DNA of 58,441 nucleotides, counting the filler, from Sphacelaria rigidula (lineage: Eukaryota), in the NCBI GenBank assembly GCA_964200075.2. It is 8 parts of 8 records of this genome, joined end to end, with 100 filler letters (N's around TTAATTAATTAA, not from the genome) between each part and the next. Parts side by side here need not be neighbours in the genome. Positions count along the whole stretch, not along the records: positions 21,955 to 29,172 come from CAXNAA020015914.1; positions 29,273 to 36,490 come from CAXNAA020015915.1; 6 more parts are not named here. One strand, written 5' to 3'. Of the stretch, positions 24,648 through 36,410 are shown one piece after another (position 1 is the stretch's first letter; every line of letters starts with the position of its first letter). Both the position numbers and the translations under genes were made by a program. Below the pieces are notes generated by a model that was given only the letters and a program-made list of their open reading frames with translations, did no database searches and was not told where the DNA came from.

Positions 24648-25799
24648 TTATGTTAGCGAGGGCATTTCTACGATTGGCGGCTCTTGACACAGAAGCCTCT
24701 CGTTTGTGGCGGTGGTCCGATTCTCGTTTGTCTTCGCGTCGCCATGCGTCTTCCAAATCTTCCGCCGCTGTCTCGACTCCAAGATGCCATAGTGGCCCAA
24801 TCGTGTGCGTCGTTAACCTCAACACCGTTGACGAACCCTTTTCCGTCACTCTCTGTTGCGTGGGAGAATCTCTAGTGCACGTATATATATATATATATAT
24901 ATTTATATTTGTGTGTATATACGTGTGTAGTTTCTAGCACTCTCATGATTTTTTCCGTGTTTTTCTATTTTGTATTCTGGTTCGGACGTGTGGGTGTGTG
25001 GGCGTGTGGGCGTGTGTTCAATACAGATTATTTTCTTGCTTTGTCATTATTCACGTACGTATTTCTTGTAGTTTCTTGATTATTCCCACATTTCTAATTG
25101 CGAGAGAGGGAGAGAAAGGTGTTGTATCCGAAGGATCGGGGGGGTGAGAAGAAGGTTAACTGGGTGGTGGGACGCGTCCAGGTATCCAATTTCGCAAACC
25201 GTAAAAATACTGTAGCAGTGACTCATGAACGACCTAGAACCGCCCGGTTCTTAATGGCGAAACGGAAGCTATCACACAAAAAATCCGGCCCCGTCTGGTC
25301 CTGCTTCCCTGCACAAAGTCTACACGGCGTCAAGCGCTCGAGCGACCGTGGGTCAGAGAATTTTGGCTCTGCCATTGTCGTCAGATCACCCCCTCCCCCC
25401 TCAGTTACATGAGCTAATAGTTTAGGGCCCATCGTAGCATGAAATGAGCACACAAAGAATACTAACTTTGGGCGTGGGTGCGGAAGGCCTGATGAGGATA
25501 GTCGTGAGTGACGAACTCTATACGTGTGCCTTTATGTGTATGTGTAAGCTGTACGCATGAGTCAACTTTGTGCCGCCGTATGAAAAATAGTTCACGACAA
25601 GGAAACGACGTAGGAACTAATGTAAAGCACGCGCAAACACAGCACTGGAAGCAAAAGTGAGGGATAGTTTGTAAGGTACTTACTAACCAATGTTTTTCTC
25701 ATACTGACGATGAAGACAATGGGAATGATGATGTTGGTGGTGATGGGTGAGAGGTGGTGATGATGATGATGGTGATGACGATGGTGATGGTGATGATGA

Positions 25800-25830
<31 letters not shown>

Positions 25831-25847
25831 CGATGATGACGATGACA

Positions 25848-25883
<36 letters not shown>

Positions 25884-28867
25884 GTGATGATGACGATGAT
25901 GATGGCGATGATGATAGTGGTGGTGGTGGTAATGATGATAATGATGATGACGACAACGACGACGACGACGATGATGATGATGATGATGATGTTTATGGTG
26001 ACGATGATAACGAAAAACCTGGGGAAAAAAGAAAACAACAACAACGACACCGGCGTATGTGAAAAGAAACACTTTGGCATATTGACTGCCCGCGCACTCG
26101 TCCGTCTACGTGTCCGTCCGCCGTCCCTCTCTCGCTCTCTCGCTCTCTCGCTCTCTTGCTCTCTCCCTCTCTCGCTCTCTTGCTCTCTCCCTCTCTCTTC
26201 TGTCGCTGCCTTCTCATGGTCTGCGCGCACACACACATGTATGTACATACAAATGTGTGTGTATTACGTACAGGGTAAAGACGCCAAGGGTAAGGGCGGT
26301 AAGGAGGACAAGGACAAAGATGATAAAGGGAAAAAGGGGGGCAAAGGGAAGAAAGGAGGCAAGGGGAAGAAGGGGGGCAAGGGGGGCGGTGATCCAGACA
26401 CCCCCCCGGAGTTACCGCCTCCACTCCAGGGGCAGTCGGAGCTTGCCGAGAAGATCTTCAGAGAAGTCAAGTAGGTACTGTACACACATGATCCGATTTT
26501 TGCAGCATCTTGAATTGAAGCTACAGGATACCAGTATATGTCGTATATGAGCATGCTGAACATACTCATATGGTATAATGGTATAGATATGGATACTCTC
26601 ATATATATGTATGTGCCTATTCGTGGATGTAGTCAAAGGCTAATGAAAGCAGAACTATCTTCGGATAGTTCCTTGGTGCAACAAAAAGAAATGGTGAAGC
26701 GTATTCAGGGGAATCGAGTTACTAGGTACTGAAGGAGGTTTACACACACACACACGTGCACATGAAAAAAATACCAGACGTGCATATATATATATATATA
26801 TATGTAAATAGTTCCATCATGTGTAAATATCAGCAAATTCGATATGTAGCTGACAGGAAACGTTCTATGTTTTTCAGAGCGCGCATCATCCACTCGACGT
26901 ATGATTGAACTATACATCTGGTAAATTCTCGTTCGCGTCTTGAGTAGACGCCGTAAACGAGCCGCGAGAACACCCCCGGGGCGAGGACAAAAGACGTTCA
27001 TTTTCGAGAGAAATGCGTCCATATAACCCGATAAAGCTCTCTGTTTTCATTGATGCCTGGGCAGCATCGTACTGCACACCGTCGTGTGTTTTTGCCTGTT
27101 GCCTCGTGGGCTGCAAACAAAAAACCGCTCATATGACGTCTTTCAGGATATGGTGTGTTCCGTATTTCTCTTTTGATTCTTGCTCCGCATGTATGTATTT
27201 TTTCATTTTTTTAGGCTGGCGAATAACTAAATAGGGTAGAGTAGCAAGACATAAACTGCCCTCGGCATTGTATACTTGTTGTATTAGTTGTATTTTTAAT
27301 ATGTCTCGGGCGAAAAATCGCTTCGCTCATTTTCTTCTTGGATTTTCAGAATTTCGCTTTTTTATGAGAATCGTACAACAACAGGTAATGTCGGTTTGTT
27401 TTTGGGGCCATTTAGTTTATCGCAATTTTTTCGCAAACCGAAGCAGAAACAGAGGCGCCACCTCGGCTTACCTCGTTCGAGCCGAAGATACCTGCTCAAT
27501 CATCGCACCCTTCATCACTGGCTTCATTGTAGTCTACGTTACAGTATCGGTCTTGCCAGCTGGTACATACAGGCGGCCTGGCGAAGTGTCGCTTGCGACA
27601 GCGCGGCGGCATCCTGAGAGACGAAGCTTTCCCTTTGGCAGAATTTCACTCCCCTTCACTTACTACGAGCTGGGCCATCTGACGGTGATTTTTGAACGAA
27701 TCCGGGCGATGCGGTTGGCAATTCGAAGAGTTGGGCGCTGAAATTTTGACACGACATTTTTATCGTCAACCCGCGCAAAATTATTGGGGGTGCAGAAGAA
27801 AAAAAAACGGGAAGTTAGAGCGACTTGAAGTTTCAGCAAAGACAGAAAAAATGCTATAACTCAGTGAAAAATGGATAAATATGGCTGCACCCCGAACAAT
27901 GTTGTGGGTACTCGCGTCCAGAACACCCCGGAGAAGTTTCGGTAAAAAATACCTCAATTGGGCGCCGCATCTCACTTTTCGTGTGACACGGCTGCCCCCT
28001 TTAATCCAAGTGATACAGGAGACTCCAGTTATGGATGTGATGAGTTCAAATCCCGACATACTATCATTTTCTTTCGTTCCGTTGTTGAGGTAATATATTA
28101 CGCAGTACATTTTTTTTCTTTTTTTTTTTCTTCATTCAGCGGCGGTACCGTGGTACCAGATTGGTTTGCAGTTCACAGCGATATGCTCAAGTTGCGCTGA
28201 TCTGGAAAACTCGAGAACTTGTGGTGTGGAAAGCGAACGCTGGATACACTGCTAGCCCAGCTCGTATCATTGCTGCACGACCCAAAGTCATATTTCATTA
28301 GTTCAATTCGACAAAACCCTATTACCATGTTTGATGATGCCAGAAATCAATGTTCGAGTACTCTGATGTCATACTCCTTTTTCTTTTTTGCAAGGCACTT
28401 GCTCTCTCTTTGTCTACGTACCATGTTGTTGTTATTATTGTTGTTGGAGGGATACATGGGCAGTAGGGGTGAGTCCTCGCAAATAATTTGGGATAGCGCG
28501 GAGGAAGTGATGTTTTAAAAAAACAAAGATTACTACCCGATTGCGCAAAATTTAGTTCGGGTCAGACGTAACGAAAGAACATATTGCTTACTGGCTTGAA
28601 GGGAAGAGGGGGCGTGTTTTTTTTCCCCCGTGCATGTACACTTTTCGAAGCGAAACCGACGTGTTATCGTCTGCTTTTTCGCGCGTTCGTGCTCTCTTCG
28701 TTGAATGATTCGTGGGCTGCTTTTGGATACCACCGTATGGCTCGAATAGACACTTCTCGGCTGTCTGGGAGGACCGGGACGAAAGAGACAACTTCGCTCA
28801 GAAGCACGACGTCTCCCTTGCGAAGGACAAAGTTAGGCCGAGTGTCGTGGAGGAAATCCGCAAACAG
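23051..28867 (+). CDS. IQCA1: Dynein regulatory complex subunit 11 / IQ and AAA domain protein, internal fragment; exons 23051-23113, 23582-23752, 26274-26470, 28750-28867
   Basis: Four GT-AG exons with compatible phases (0,0,2) give ADNRDAYEEALEDLKDVVLEE-EGPEMRETLREERTLWVTDQIAQDKFPEELD...KKGK-GKDAKGKGGK...KIFREVK-HFSAVWEDRDERDNFAQKHDVSLAKDKVRPSVVEEIRKQ. This matches the IQCA1/DRC11 pattern Y..AL..K...EG...W....FP, a Lys-rich linker, then W...DE..NF.Q..D..L.K.....EIR.Q. Confidence 0.82.
23143..23230. repeat. (GTT)n then (GCT)n intronic microsatellite
   Basis: Direct reading. A second (GTT)n tract lies at 24593-24646. Confidence 0.9.
25706..26050. repeat. Long compound (GAT/GAC/GGT)n microsatellite in an IQCA1 intron
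   Basis: ~300 bp of GAT-based triplets. It produces the spurious poly-His/Met/Asp/Ile/Ser ORFs in the track. Confidence 0.92.
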
Positions 28868-29034
28868 GTGAAGTTCCATGCGCTGTACTGTAGTAATGCT
28901 GCTTCTGCTTCTGCTTCTGCTGCTGCTGCTTTCTCGTGGTATGGTTCCATAAGCTAAAATACCACTACTGCTGTTGCTTTCGTTGTCTCTTGTTGTACAT
29001 GTATTGTAACCCTCATCCCCCCCCCCACTCATCG

Positions 29035-29100
29035 GTGCTCCGTCTCGAAAGGGATGCGTGGTCAATGGTCAAACGACGAAGGCAAGCAACAAATGAGTAC
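29035..29100 (+). mobile_element. 3'-terminal fragment of LINE family A
   Basis: GTGCTCCGTCTCGAAAGGGATGCGTGGTCAATGGTCAAACGACGAAGGCAAGCAACAAATGAGTAC, with a C run at 29017-29027 upstream and C-rich sequence downstream. Confidence 0.85.
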
Positions 29101-29477
29101 GCACACCACCTACTCCCCCCACCAAACCATACATCAATAAACAAATATAAAAAATGTTACCACGTATCTATTNNNNNNNNNNNNNNNNNNNNNNNNNNNN
29201 NNNNNNNNNNNNNNNNTTAATTAATTAANNNNNNNNNNNNNNNNNNNNNNNNNNNNNNNNNNNNNNNNNNNNACCCAGTAAACTGGCTGCGGAGAGCAGC
29301 CAGTTTACCTGGTACTGGCGCGTAGCGCCAGTCCCCAACCCTATAGATTTACTCACACATATTTTCATTTTCAAGATTTTTTAGGCGGTCCGAGAGCGCC
29401 AGTCGCGACCGGGCCTCTTCCTTTCGAGTCTTGCAGCTGTTTTTACCCTTTTCCTGTCGACACCGAAATACCAAAAG

Positions 29478-32400
29478 GTGTCGGGAAGTCGACGCGGCAA
29501 GGGTGGGGGGGCGGGCCCGCGTATCACCGGACGGCGTCGACGGGCGAGGGAAGAGAGTGAAACTTGGACGGAGGATGGAGATGTAGAAGATGAACACACA
29601 TCCAACGATGGACCTGACGGACTGGCATGGATGGAAGCAACTGATGGAAAGAGCGAGCCCGGACATGAGGAGGAGAAGGCTGAGCAGGTGTCTAGTCGGC
29701 AGGAAGGCCGTGATGGTGATGGTAAACGAGGCGTCGTTGGTCATCATCTAGAGGTGCGTCGCGTGACACTGGTTTCATTTGGTCGTTGTCCACTGGTGCA
29801 TCTACGTGTGCGCGCGTTTGATTGTACGTGTCGGCATCGTGGCAAAGGTGACTGTTGGTGCTGTAATGTTGGAGTAGTCCTGGGTGCTGATGGACATTAG
29901 CTGACATCTGTAGTCGTTCTCTCTTGCTTCTTGTAAGAGATTTCATTTTAATATGGCCGCTGAGGGGATCTGAGTGGTTGAGATTCTGGTGGCGGCGCTC
30001 TGTGACGTCTACCGTGGGTGTTGTACGGAGTGTAACACTCATGACGATGAGAAAATCCACCTCGATTTTCTGTATAGGTAGCACCTCGCACTGCCCGTAA
30101 GATCTCGTTGTTCGATATAGAGCTCGGCTCTTTATGTCGACGGTAAAGCTGAAGACGGCGTTGCTGCTGCAATTCCATTACCCCGAGTGAAACACCCCGT
30201 ACAATACACGAGGTAGAAATTGATTGTTTGGAAGCCAACAAAGCATCCCTTTGGTTTTTCTGAAAATGCGTACGGGCTGTCGTGTTTCCTTGCAGCGTTA
30301 ACGAGCTTTTTCGAGACCACAGCATATCGAGTAGTGTGATACTTGTGATACTGCGGTCGTGGTGTGCTTTATTTTATTATTTCCTTGATGGAAGAAAGAA
30401 ACCTGACCCAGCCCTTAACCCCGCGAGCGGGTTAGTGTGCCGATTCCCACGAGGCTCGGCTAGACTGCCTCACGGCAGTGTCGGGTAGGCGCCTCGAGCG
30501 TTCGCAAGCTCTACTCAAGGTAGTGTGGGGGTCCGTTGTGTGGTCGTGGTGAGGGACATGATATTTTTGGTGTTGGTTAGTTCCGTGCCAGCACGATCAT
30601 AGCTCTTGCCTCTTGCTCGCGCCATACGCATTCAGCCACCTTTCATCACCACGGCGTCCCTTCTCCACTAGAACTCATGATCGAGTACTGAAGTCTAAGC
30701 TCACACACGGAGTTCGTTTTTCTAGTGTAGGCCCTCGGATCAACACAAATCTCTAGGACATTTTCAAAAATGCTTCCTCTACTCCTAGCCGGTCTCCCCG
30801 GTGACTCAGGTGGTAACCTCTAAACCTTCTGACGGTTGGGTCGTGGGTTCGAGTCTTGGAGCGATCTGGGATTTTTTTCTCACACATGTCCAAAAATAGA
30901 GAATGACTATGTCGTGGGTACACAAACTCGACTCAACGGTCGACGAGGAGAAGGAACCGCTACACTCCTCTCGCGTCAAGATATAAATGGCAGTCACTGC
31001 AGAAGGCAGGTGGAGAACTAAATCAGATGAAATAAATAGAGAAAAGCTCCTGTGTTGGCCTTCCTCCTGTGTGACCCCGGCTGGTGCGCCCACATATACC
31101 GAAACGTGTAGACCGACGTCCAAAATAAATTGATGACAACACGCACACAACACACACTCCTACTTCACGTGTCATCGTTTCAATAGTATCGAAATTAGTG
31201 CCGTGCACGCACGCCGTTTGCATCAACGCTTTTTTGAAACCCCCAAACCCCCCAAGTTTTGAGACAGGAGGTATTCCTTTTACTCTCGTTTCTGAGGAAA
31301 GTGCGCGTCTCAGGTCGGGGCGTACGTGTAACCCTCATAACTTATATTTGTGCACAGAGTGGTGAATATCCTTCCCCAGAAGTAATTTTCCCGCCCTCTC
31401 ATTGCTGTGCTTGGCTTCGACTGGTTGTGTGCGGGGGCAACAGACCGGGAAAAGAGTGAATCCTGAGGCGCCCCGACGGGAGAGCGAGGGTGGCACGGGT
31501 GGCCTACTTGATGGACGCCACTTGGAGGAGAACGGCGAGGAAGTGCTTTCATTAGAGGTGGCTGCTGATGCGGGTAGGGATACAGATGCGGTCGCCGTTG
31601 TGCAGCCGACCAATGGCATTCCAGGAACGGTGAGCGAGAATCAGCAGCAGCAGCAGCAGGGACAACATGACCGGCTTCCTGATATGCTCGAGTCGCTGGA
31701 CAGAGTGACCAAGACGGTGAACGACCTCAAAGGCCGTTGTCGCCAACTCTCGCTCGGTGAGAGGCCGTCACTGCTGTACTGTAGGTGCCCGAGTGTGCTA
31801 CTTGACCGTGCAACCGGGGGGTGCCTTGCACTAGGGTGAACACACCTGCCCCGTCAGAGCTCCGAATGCCGCGTACGCTGTATGATTAATTCGACCGCCT
31901 CATCAATACAACGGATACGTTGTAGTGTCGGTGTCAAGCAAGAGGACCCCCGGGATAGAGTTAGAGTGCACGCTGTCACAATATACCTAGACATGTCTCT
32001 TACGGTACTGTACAACTTGACGCGGGCAGGGCCGAGCGGCCGCGGGGTCCGAGGACATCGAGTGTCGACAACTCCCTTGCCCCGCGCGGTGTGCTCGACT
32101 CACTTTGCGGTGCTTGGGTCTGTAGTCCAAGCTACGTGTTTTTTGCGATTGGGTTGAGGTCCCGCGCTTTTTTTCACCGCGAAATGCGTGTCGTTTTGGA
32201 GGCGGCTGACTGGGGGTTTGGGCTGGGTTGTGTGCACCGGAAACAGGTTCCTTTGTGTTGGAGGTAAGTGGTTCGCCAATGTCAGATGTACGATATAGAG
32301 TTGGAGGTTCATGGAGGAGTTGCAACTGCAACCTCCATTCGCGTGTTGGACCTGGCCGGATCAGTCACAGCATTTTTCATCCTCGAAAGTATGCACGCGT

Positions 32401-35267
32401 TATTGCTGCTGCGTTTGCGTGTACAGCAGTACTCACCACGCCCCCGTCTCGCTCACATGACTCCCTGCGCACCCCATTCCATCATTGCCCAACAGTCATG
32501 GACGCGCGGGACGAATATCGAGCGACAACATCCAGGCGCGAGGTCACCACCAACGACAATGACTCCAACAGAGCGCCAGAGCCAGAGCCCCTCCGGTTAG
32601 AGGGTCCGTCGTCGCGGACGCCGGCCGCGGAATGGGTCCCGCCCCACGATGCAATGCCGCCGCCGCCTCGTCTCGAACCGGAACAAATGCGGGGTACCAT
32701 CGCCGCCTTGCGCCCGACGATCACAGTACCCACCCCCGTGACACACCCGCGGCGGCAACCCCCGCCCATCCTACGACCAACCGAGGACTCCCCACGCGAG
32801 CTGGCGCCCCCATCTTCCTCATCCCCCGCGATTTCATTCGCAGGGTCACCAAACTTCGAGGCTGGCGCCGGGCGCGGCGGTAACCGCGACGGGCAGATGT
32901 TTGTCGTGCCGCCAGGTCTATTCACCCCCTCTCCTGGTATTCCTCTTGGGGACAGCGGGGAGGCTCCTGGTAGAGAGGAGCGCGACGGGGAAGTCCTGTC
33001 GCCGCCTTGGCGGCGAGTAGCTCGGCAGACGGCGAGGGTGATAAATCCCCCCGCACTCGTGCGGGACGCTGATCCTCTTCCATCGCCTGCTCGGGGGGGA
33101 CCCGATGAGGACGGCGGCGGAGGAAAGAGGAGAGCGTCTTGGTTGCCGTTAGAGGAGGAGGGAGCCCCTGGTGACGGCCGGCAAGAGCATCCGCGCGGGC
33201 GCAGCAGCAGCAGCAGCAGGCTGGATGCAGCTGTAGAAGTATTCCGGAGCGGCATTCCACCCGCCAGAGGCGTGGGTGCAAGCGAGTACTTTGTGCCTAG
33301 GCAGGACGCACATCAGGACGGGGTTAGCGGGGCGCTTGGCGGCTGGGGGCGGTCGGACGGGGTAGGAGTTCCCGGTGTGAGGGACAGTGGTGGCTTTGCG
33401 CGGCCGGCGACTACAGGCGGTCGTGCGTCGTCCAGCAGCGGGATGCCCAGTTGGTCGGAATGGGTGGCGCGTGTCAATGGAAATAGCGAAAGGAAGCCGG
33501 ACACTGCTAGTTCTCACAAAAGAACCGTGGCGGAGGCCCATCTCACTGATGGTATTGATGACGGAAGTGGGTCGGAAGAGGGGGGCATGTACCCTTCTGC
33601 GTTTTCGATGTCGGGGCTTGTTGCCGAAGCTATCGCCATGGACAGAAATAGTAGCAGAACTCACGGTGCCGCAGGAGCCACCTCATCCTCCGGCGGTCTG
33701 GCTCTCGCGGACGGTGCTCCTCCCGAGCAACTGCAGGCAGAGAACCGTTCGCGCGAGACCGCAGCGTCCGCGACAGCGCCACCGGGCAGCGATGGACACA
33801 ATCCCCGAGACCTGTGGGATTCTCTTCTCGAGAGAGGACCAGCCATATCACCAGGGCGCTCTCGCTTCCGATTGCAGGAATCGCAGCTATCTCCCGCCGA
33901 CGTCGATGACGATGACAATTCAGCTGTCGGCGGCGCGGATTCTACGAGCGAGACATCCCCTGCACAGTTTGAGAGTAGTACGACCCCCAATATCTTTGGC
34001 TCCCGCGGCGACAGATCGAACGGTGGCGGTGGGCGAGGCACGGCGGTTCCTACCATGGAGCAAGATTCCGCGCCAGGGTTGAGCGGAGTCGAACCAGACG
34101 GTGGCCGGGAAGACGAATCAACTCACCAAGAAGGACGGTCACGCCTCCCAGCAGGAAAGGACTCCCCGGTCAACCCTACGGCGCCGACCGCGGGTGGGGC
34201 TGAGGCGGGGGTGCGGATTCAGAGTGAGGAGCGCGACGCTGGCTTGGATGGCCATCAGGTGGGTACTAATGACAACAGGCGACGGCGACTTGCTCCAGCT
34301 GAGCTGCAGTCACAACTGATGAACGAGCTGCAGCTTCACGAGGATCTGCAGGATGCGGAGATGCAGGCGGACGGACTCTTGGCAGCAGCGACGGTAGAAG
34401 AAGCGAGGCAGCGAGCTCACGCGGCGGCGCTTTTGCTGGGGCGAGAGAGGGTGGGTTTCATCTGTTTCGTTCGGGGACGCGTGTCCTTGTGTGGGGGTTT
34501 GTTCGTCAAACGAGTGAGGGCGAGTGATACTTTCCTTGTTCTTTGCGGCCGGGGAAGAGGCGGCATGCCTCGTAGGTTGTATAGTGCAGTATCAGCCTTG
34601 CGCGGCGCCTGTCGAAGAAGAAGGTCGCTTCTGTCGTATGGCGTAGCTGCCCCTTTTAGACCGTAAATGTGAAGTGTAGAAATGCATTGAATGATGTAAG
34701 CTTCTGGCGCCCGTCGAGTGGCGTAAAGGCTGGGAGGTGCCCCCCCCCCCCCCACATCTTCATCTTCATCTTTTGCACGAGTTTGTGCGGTGAACACGTC
34801 CACAAAATTCCTCGCGCTAAAAGTCGTTATCTTCACAGGATCAGGCGTTGAGTAACGGTTTCCTGAAGCAGGTAAACCTCCCCACCGCCTCCCGTGACCG
34901 ACAATCGATCAACCAGTCGTCGCCGTTGCCTTCCCTCCCCCTCAATTCGTGGGTTGAACAAAAGGCGCAAGCGGAGAGCATCGTCCGACAACAAGCACTT
35001 GTATACGAAGATGCACTCGCGCGTAACGACGCCGTGCACGAAGCTCGGCTACAACACGAGCGAGCTCTGGCGGAGGAGCAAGCGGCGACACGGGCAGACG
35101 CCGTTACCTCCACAGTCACCGCGGCCGTAATGGCTTCGTTGGGGGCGCAGGGGCGGCAGGCGGTGGCGGCGGTGGCGGCGGTGGCGGCGGCTGGTGCGCA
35201 CGCGCAAAGTCAGCAGGCGACAGCGATGGCAATGGCGGCGCAGGCTGCGGTGGTGGCCGAAGTGCAG
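29478..35267 (+). CDS. Unknown multi-exon protein with a large low-complexity/disordered region followed by a predicted coiled coil; exons ~29478-29753, ~30078-30142, ~31444-31756, 32496-34450, 34839-34871, 34965-35267
   Basis: Canonical GT-AG boundaries. The donor after 31756 (phase 1) joins the CAACAG|TCATGG acceptor at 32496 in frame. The 1955-nt GC-rich open exon ends GRER|GTGGGT, followed by the Ala/Gln/Glu helical exon AQAESIVRQQALVYEDALARNDAVHEARLQHERALAEEQ. The first two exons and their linkage are less certain. Confidence 0.65.
30788..31155 (+). mobile_element. Full-length tRNA-derived SINE family C with 7-bp TSD
   Basis: A-box-like TGACTCAGGTGG (30802-30813), B box GGTTCGAGTCT (30846-30856) and a CA-rich tail. 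ACTCCTA lies at 30781-30787 and 31156-31162. A second full copy is at 54015-54361 (-). Confidence 0.85.
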
Positions 35268-36108
35268 GTCAGCTTGTTGCTACAGTGGGTGGAGATAGAT
35301 GAGGTGTCCCTACAATAAGTATGTATCACTCAGGAGCACCAGTTTTGTAAGCAGAAGACGTTAGTTGTGGGACCGTCTCTGATGAAAGTATGGTCATCCA
35401 TATAGTTTTCGGCACACATCAATACTTGATATAGGTGACTTCTATGGGTTCACCCACCATGTGGTGATGGTAAGAGGTGCACTTGGGCGTCATTGCCATT
35501 ATGCGATGGTGGGTGAGATGTGTGCAGGTTAGCTCGTGGTGACGAGGATGTGGAGGAAGGGCAAGTCCATTTGTGGGGGTGTTTGTCTCGTGTGTGTTCC
35601 ATACTGGAGTACGTGCACGTTTATTACGCTTTGGTCTTGTCGAGTTTGCGGAGTGCAGCTACTCGAAACCCACCACAATTAGTGTGGTGGCACCAAGTTT
35701 GTTGAACATCACGAGTTCGAGGTGCTAGTTTGTTTCTGGGAGAGAAGTGGTCCGAGTGTCGTGAACCTGTCGAACAGCCACGCTGCGAGATGTGAATTTA
35801 TTCGTGCTGACGGTATACGAGAGTAGACGATTGAACCCTCCCCCCCTGGTTGGCCTGGTCCGGCGAAAGCTCGGCATGCTCCGTCCCGGCTTTGTAGAGG
35901 CGGACCCCTCTATGGAGTTGGCGTCGGTTTGCGACGACGCTGTAAAACACGCCACTCACTGCGTAAGCTAGGCAACCAGGTAACCAATCTTGCGTGAGCT
36001 TGCGTTTATTTTGTGGTAGCCGTGATGGTAGTCGATCTAGATCATTTGTGCGGGGTAGTAGAACCTCAACTCCGCGCACAGGATATGCTCGTGCTACGTT
36101 GTATCTAA

Positions 36109-36410
36109 ATGGTGAGATACCCGTGAGGCAGTGTGTACCCCGTGGCTGTTTCTGAAAGTGCCGACACCAAAAAAGAAGCAACCCATTGTAGGCTGCCATC
36201 CAAGTGCAAGCTAACCAGTACGCTCCGGGCGAAACAATCGTAGCAGGATGCAGCTCACCCTTCATGCGACTCGCCGAGCACACCACAGCGCTCCGCGCTT
36301 GGTGATTGATAGCGAGCCTGGGTCGGCGAAAACCCGGCGTGCTCCGTCCCGGCTTTGTAGGAATGCGAGGTCAATGACTCTATGGCTGTGGCATGCATGA
36401 TCATGAGTAC
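36109..36410 (+). mobile_element. Full-length SINE-like family B (302 bp), followed by a C run and a LINE-A 3' fragment (36427-36490)
   Basis: ATGGTGAGATACCC...GCTCACCCTTCATGCGACTCGCCGA...GTGCTCCGTCCCGGCTTTGTAGGAATGCGAGGTCAATG...CATGAGTAC. Colinear with 40327-40630, 48958-49261 and 49718-49930. Confidence 0.85.

Noticed and set aside
25592-26248. Poly-His/Ile/Met/Asp/Ser ORFs
   Set aside because: Translations of a (GAT)n microsatellite inside an IQCA1 intron. Only 26274-26470 of the overlapping + ORF is exon.
30788-30870. tRNA gene (also 54285-54361)
   Set aside because: A/B boxes are present but the D arm and acceptor stem do not close, and the sequence continues into a shared SINE body and tail.
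32228-34666. 812-aa ORF as a complete single-exon gene
   Set aside because: Both ends read through intron-like sequence. Splice sites at 32496 and 34450 join in frame to neighbouring exons.
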